From an uncultured Clostridia bacterium (GTDB taxonomy: Bacteria; Bacillota; Clostridia; Christensenellales; UBA3700), in contig CAMQWP010000010.1 of assembly GCA_947038565.1 (NCBI GenBank), positions 765 to 64,764 of the forward strand: a stretch of DNA of 64,000 bases, written 5' to 3'. Under the pieces are notes generated by a model. The model was given only the letters and a program-made list of their open reading frames with translations. It made no database searches and had not been told where the DNA came from. The position numbers were made by a program, and so were the translations under genes. Positions 61,431 to 64,000 of this stretch are shown piece after piece. Position 1 is the stretch's first letter, and each line of letters starts with the position of its first letter.

Positions 61431-62282
61431 ATGGATTTATGGTTTTCAGAAATGCACACTGACAGTGTTAAACTATCAATAAAAGTCGAGAAACAACTAC
61501 ATTCTAGTCAAAGTAAATACCAACGCATTGACGTATTTGAGTCGAGCGAGTTCGGTAGATTCTTAACTCTTGACGGGTATATGATGATGACTGAAAAGGA
61601 CGAATTTATATACCATGAGATGATTATCCACACTCCTATGGCAGTGCATCCAAACGTAGAAAATGTTTTACTTATCGGAGCTGGCGATGGCGGTGCTTGT
61701 CGAGAGCTATGTAAGTATAAAACTATTAAACACATTGACGTAGTAGAAATAGATAAGGATGTTATTGAAGTTTGTCGCAAATATTTACCTCAGACTGCTT
61801 GCGGTTTTGATGATGATAGAGTAGAAATACACATTCAAGACGGTTTAAAGTACGTTAGAAAGTGTCAAGATAAATATGATTTAGTCATAGTCGATTCCAC
61901 TGATCCTTTCGGGCCAGGAGAAGGCTTATTCACTAAAGAATTTTATGGCAATTGCTTTAAGGCACTAAAAGAAGACGGCATTATGGTCAATCAGCACGAA
62001 AGTCCTTTTTATGAAGTAGATGCTATTGCTATGCAGAGAGCACATAAAAGAATAGTAGAGTCTTTTCCTATATCACGAGTTTATCAGGCTCATATACCTA
62101 CTTATCCATCGGGACATTGGCTTTTCGGATTTGCTAGTAAAAAATATTTACCAATAGTCGATATCAATGCTGATAAGTGGAATGCTTTAGGTATTGAAAC
62201 TGATTATTATAATACAAATTTGCATAAGGGAGCTTTTTATTTGCCGAATTATGTTTGGAGGGCACTTGCTGATGTTGAGTAG
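61431..62282 (+). CDS. speE: spermidine synthase
   Basis: LIGAGDGG, DSTDPFGP motifs. Confidence 0.95.
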   Translation: MDLWFSEMHTDSVKLSIKVEKQLHSSQSKYQRIDVFESSEFGRFLTLDGYMMMTEKDEFIYHEMIIHTPMAVHPNVENVLLIGAGDGGACRELCKYKTIKHIDVVEIDKDVIEVCRKYLPQTACGFDDDRVEIHIQDGLKYVRKCQDKYDLVIVDSTDPFGPGEGLFTKEFYGNCFKALKEDGIMVNQHESPFYEVDAIAMQRAHKRIVESFPISRVYQAHIPTYPSGHWLFGFASKKYLPIVDINADKWNALGIETDYYNTNLHKGAFYLPNYVWRALADVE

Positions 62283-63126
62283 AAATATAGAAACTTTTAT
62301 CGGTTGTGAGAGTGAATATGATGAGGCAAGTATAGTAATATTTGGCGCACCATTTGACTCTACTACTTCTTTTAGACCTGGTACAAGGTTTGCTAGTCGT
62401 GTGATGAGAAGTGAGTCTTTCGGTATGGAGACTTTTAGTCCGTATCAGGATAAAGATCTTACCGATTATAATATTTTCGATGGCGGTGATTTAGAGCTCG
62501 CATTTGGGAATAGTAGACGTGCTTTAGATGATATCGGTGATTTTGCAAGATCAGTTCTTGCTGATGGCAAATTGCCTTTGATGATTGGTGGCGAGCATTT
62601 AGTGACGTTAGGAACTGTCGAGGCAGTATTTGAAAAACACCCTGATCTTCACATAATTCACTTCGACGCTCATGCTGATCTTAGAGCTGATTATCTAGGC
62701 GAAACCCTTTCTCATGCATCAGTTATTAGAAGGTGTAATGAGCTTATAGGCGATGGTAAAATATATCAGTTTGGCATTCGTTCGGGTGATCGTGAAGAGT
62801 TTAATTATGCAAAAGAAGGTCATACTACTATGCGTAGGTTTGATTTTGTCGGTCTTAGTGAAGTGGTTGCTAGCCTGAAGGGTTTACCAGTTTATTTCAC
62901 TATTGACCTAGATGTACTTGATACGTCAGTATTTCCGGGTACTGGCACTCAAGAAGCGGGTGGCGTGACTTTTAATAAACTTATTAACGCTATTCTACTT
63001 GTAAGTGATCTGAATATAGTCGGTTGTGATATCAATGAGCTTTCGCCGTCACTTGATCAGTCAGGTGCGTCTACAGCAGTTGCACTTAAAGTACTTAGAG
63101 AGCTATTGCTTTCTTTATGTAAATAA
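62272..63126 (+). CDS. speB: agmatinase
   Basis: Ureohydrolase Mn motifs GGEH, HFDAHADL, DLDVLD; ATG 62272 overlaps speE stop by 11 nt. Confidence 0.93.
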   Translation: MLSRNIETFIGCESEYDEASIVIFGAPFDSTTSFRPGTRFASRVMRSESFGMETFSPYQDKDLTDYNIFDGGDLELAFGNSRRALDDIGDFARSVLADGKLPLMIGGEHLVTLGTVEAVFEKHPDLHIIHFDAHADLRADYLGETLSHASVIRRCNELIGDGKIYQFGIRSGDREEFNYAKEGHTTMRRFDFVGLSEVVASLKGLPVYFTIDLDVLDTSVFPGTGTQEAGGVTFNKLINAILLVSDLNIVGCDINELSPSLDQSGASTAVALKVLRELLLSLCK

Positions 63127-63147
63127 TAAATAGGAGAAACAATTTTT

Positions 63148-64000
63148 ATGGGTAAAGCATTAATTATAGGTTGTGGTGGTGTAGCAGGTGTTGCTATTAA
63201 CAAATGTTGTCAGAATAGTGATGTCTTCGAGGATATCATGATCGCTAGTCGTACGAAAAGTAAGTGCGACGCTCTTAAGGCTAAGCTAGACGGTGGTAAA
63301 ACTAGAATAAGTACTGCTAAAGTCGATGCTGATAACGTGGACGAACTTGTCGCTCTTATCAATAGTTATAAGCCTGATGTCGTGTTAAATCTTGCACTTC
63401 CTTATCAAGACCTGACTATTATGGACGCATGTCTTGCTACTAAGACTCATTACGTTGATACAGCCAATTATGAGCCTATTGATAACGCTAAGTTTGAGTA
63501 CAAATGGCAATGGGATTACCGTGAGAGATTTGAGAAAGCTGGTATTACTGCCATTCTTGGTAGCGGTTTTGATCCGGGTGTCACTGGTGTTTACTCTGCT
63601 TATGCTTTAAAACATCATTTTGACGAGATCAATTATATCGATATTCTTGACTGTAATGGTGGTGATCATGGTTATCCTTTCGCTACTAATTTCAATCCTG
63701 AGATAAATATCCGTGAGGTCACTGCTAATGGTAGTTACTGGGAAGATGGTAAATGGATCGAGACAGAGCCTATGGCTATCAAGCGTGAGTATGACTTCAA
63801 GTCAGTAGGTATGAAAGATATGTACCTTCTTCATCACGAGGAAATCGAGTCACTTGCACTTAATATGCCAGGTATTAAAAGAATTAGATTCTTTATGACT
63901 TTTGGTCAGAGCTATATTACTCATTTAAAATGTTTGGAAAATGTCGGTATGACTTCTATCGAGCCTATCAATTATGAAGGTAAACAGATCGTACCTCTTC
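63148..64000 (+). CDS. carboxynorspermidine/carboxyspermidine dehydrogenase (saccharopine dehydrogenase fold), 3' end outside window
   Basis: Hand translation MGKALIIGCGGVAGVAINKC...GSGFDPGVTGV...; open to window end; AGGAG SD. Confidence 0.85.
   Translation, partial: MGKALIIGCGGVAGVAINKCCQNSDVFEDIMIASRTKSKCDALKAKLDGGKTRISTAKVDADNVDELVALINSYKPDVVLNLALPYQDLTIMDACLATKTHYVDTANYEPIDNAKFEYKWQWDYRERFEKAGITAILGSGFDPGVTGVYSAYALKHHFDEINYIDILDCNGGDHGYPFATNFNPEINIREVTANGSYWEDGKWIETEPMAIKREYDFKSVGMKDMYLLHHEEIESLALNMPGIKRIRFFMTFGQSYITHLKCLENVGMTSIEPINYEGKQIVPL

Overview
AT-rich, gene-dense chromosomal segment of a low-GC Firmicute. The gene order looks Clostridia-like: infB-rbfA-nrnA-truB-ribF; pepP-efp; ruvC-ruvA-ruvB-queA-tgt-yajC; comEC-holA; rpsT/gpr. 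I call about 60 protein genes, nearly all on the + strand and mostly housekeeping. They include a shikimate operon (HAD-aroE-aroK-aroQ-aroB::aroA fusion-aroC-chorismate mutase), GTP-type PEPCK, a complete arginine operon (argGHCJBDF), tyrS, ilvE, polA, coaE, murI and a Na/Pi transporter. The window ends in a polyamine operon (speD-speA-speE-speB-carboxyspermidine dehydrogenase), cut at the window edge. There is one tRNA-Leu(CAA). I saw no rRNA, CRISPR array, transposase, integrase, prophage or recognisable defence genes. The most unusual regions are these. (1) A 1.44-kb ORF-poor island (21525-22965) holds two tandem ~500-bp modules. Each module has a consensus promoter, AGGAGG SD, a 26-27 aa cationic amphipathic peptide ORF and a terminator on the minus strand, followed by GGTAG-initiated 33-35 bp direct repeats. 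(2) A ~330-nt structured leader with promoter, perfect palindrome and intrinsic terminator lies upstream of the polyamine operon and matches no riboswitch class I recognise. (3) A conserved but uncharacterised GGGtGRT + IscU/NifU-like gene pair. (4) A 470-bp repeat- and palindrome-rich arg operon control region. (5) A ComEC with a degenerate metallo-beta-lactamase domain next to a stand-alone intact MBL protein. All functional calls rest on motifs read from the supplied translations and on synteny; no database search was possible.
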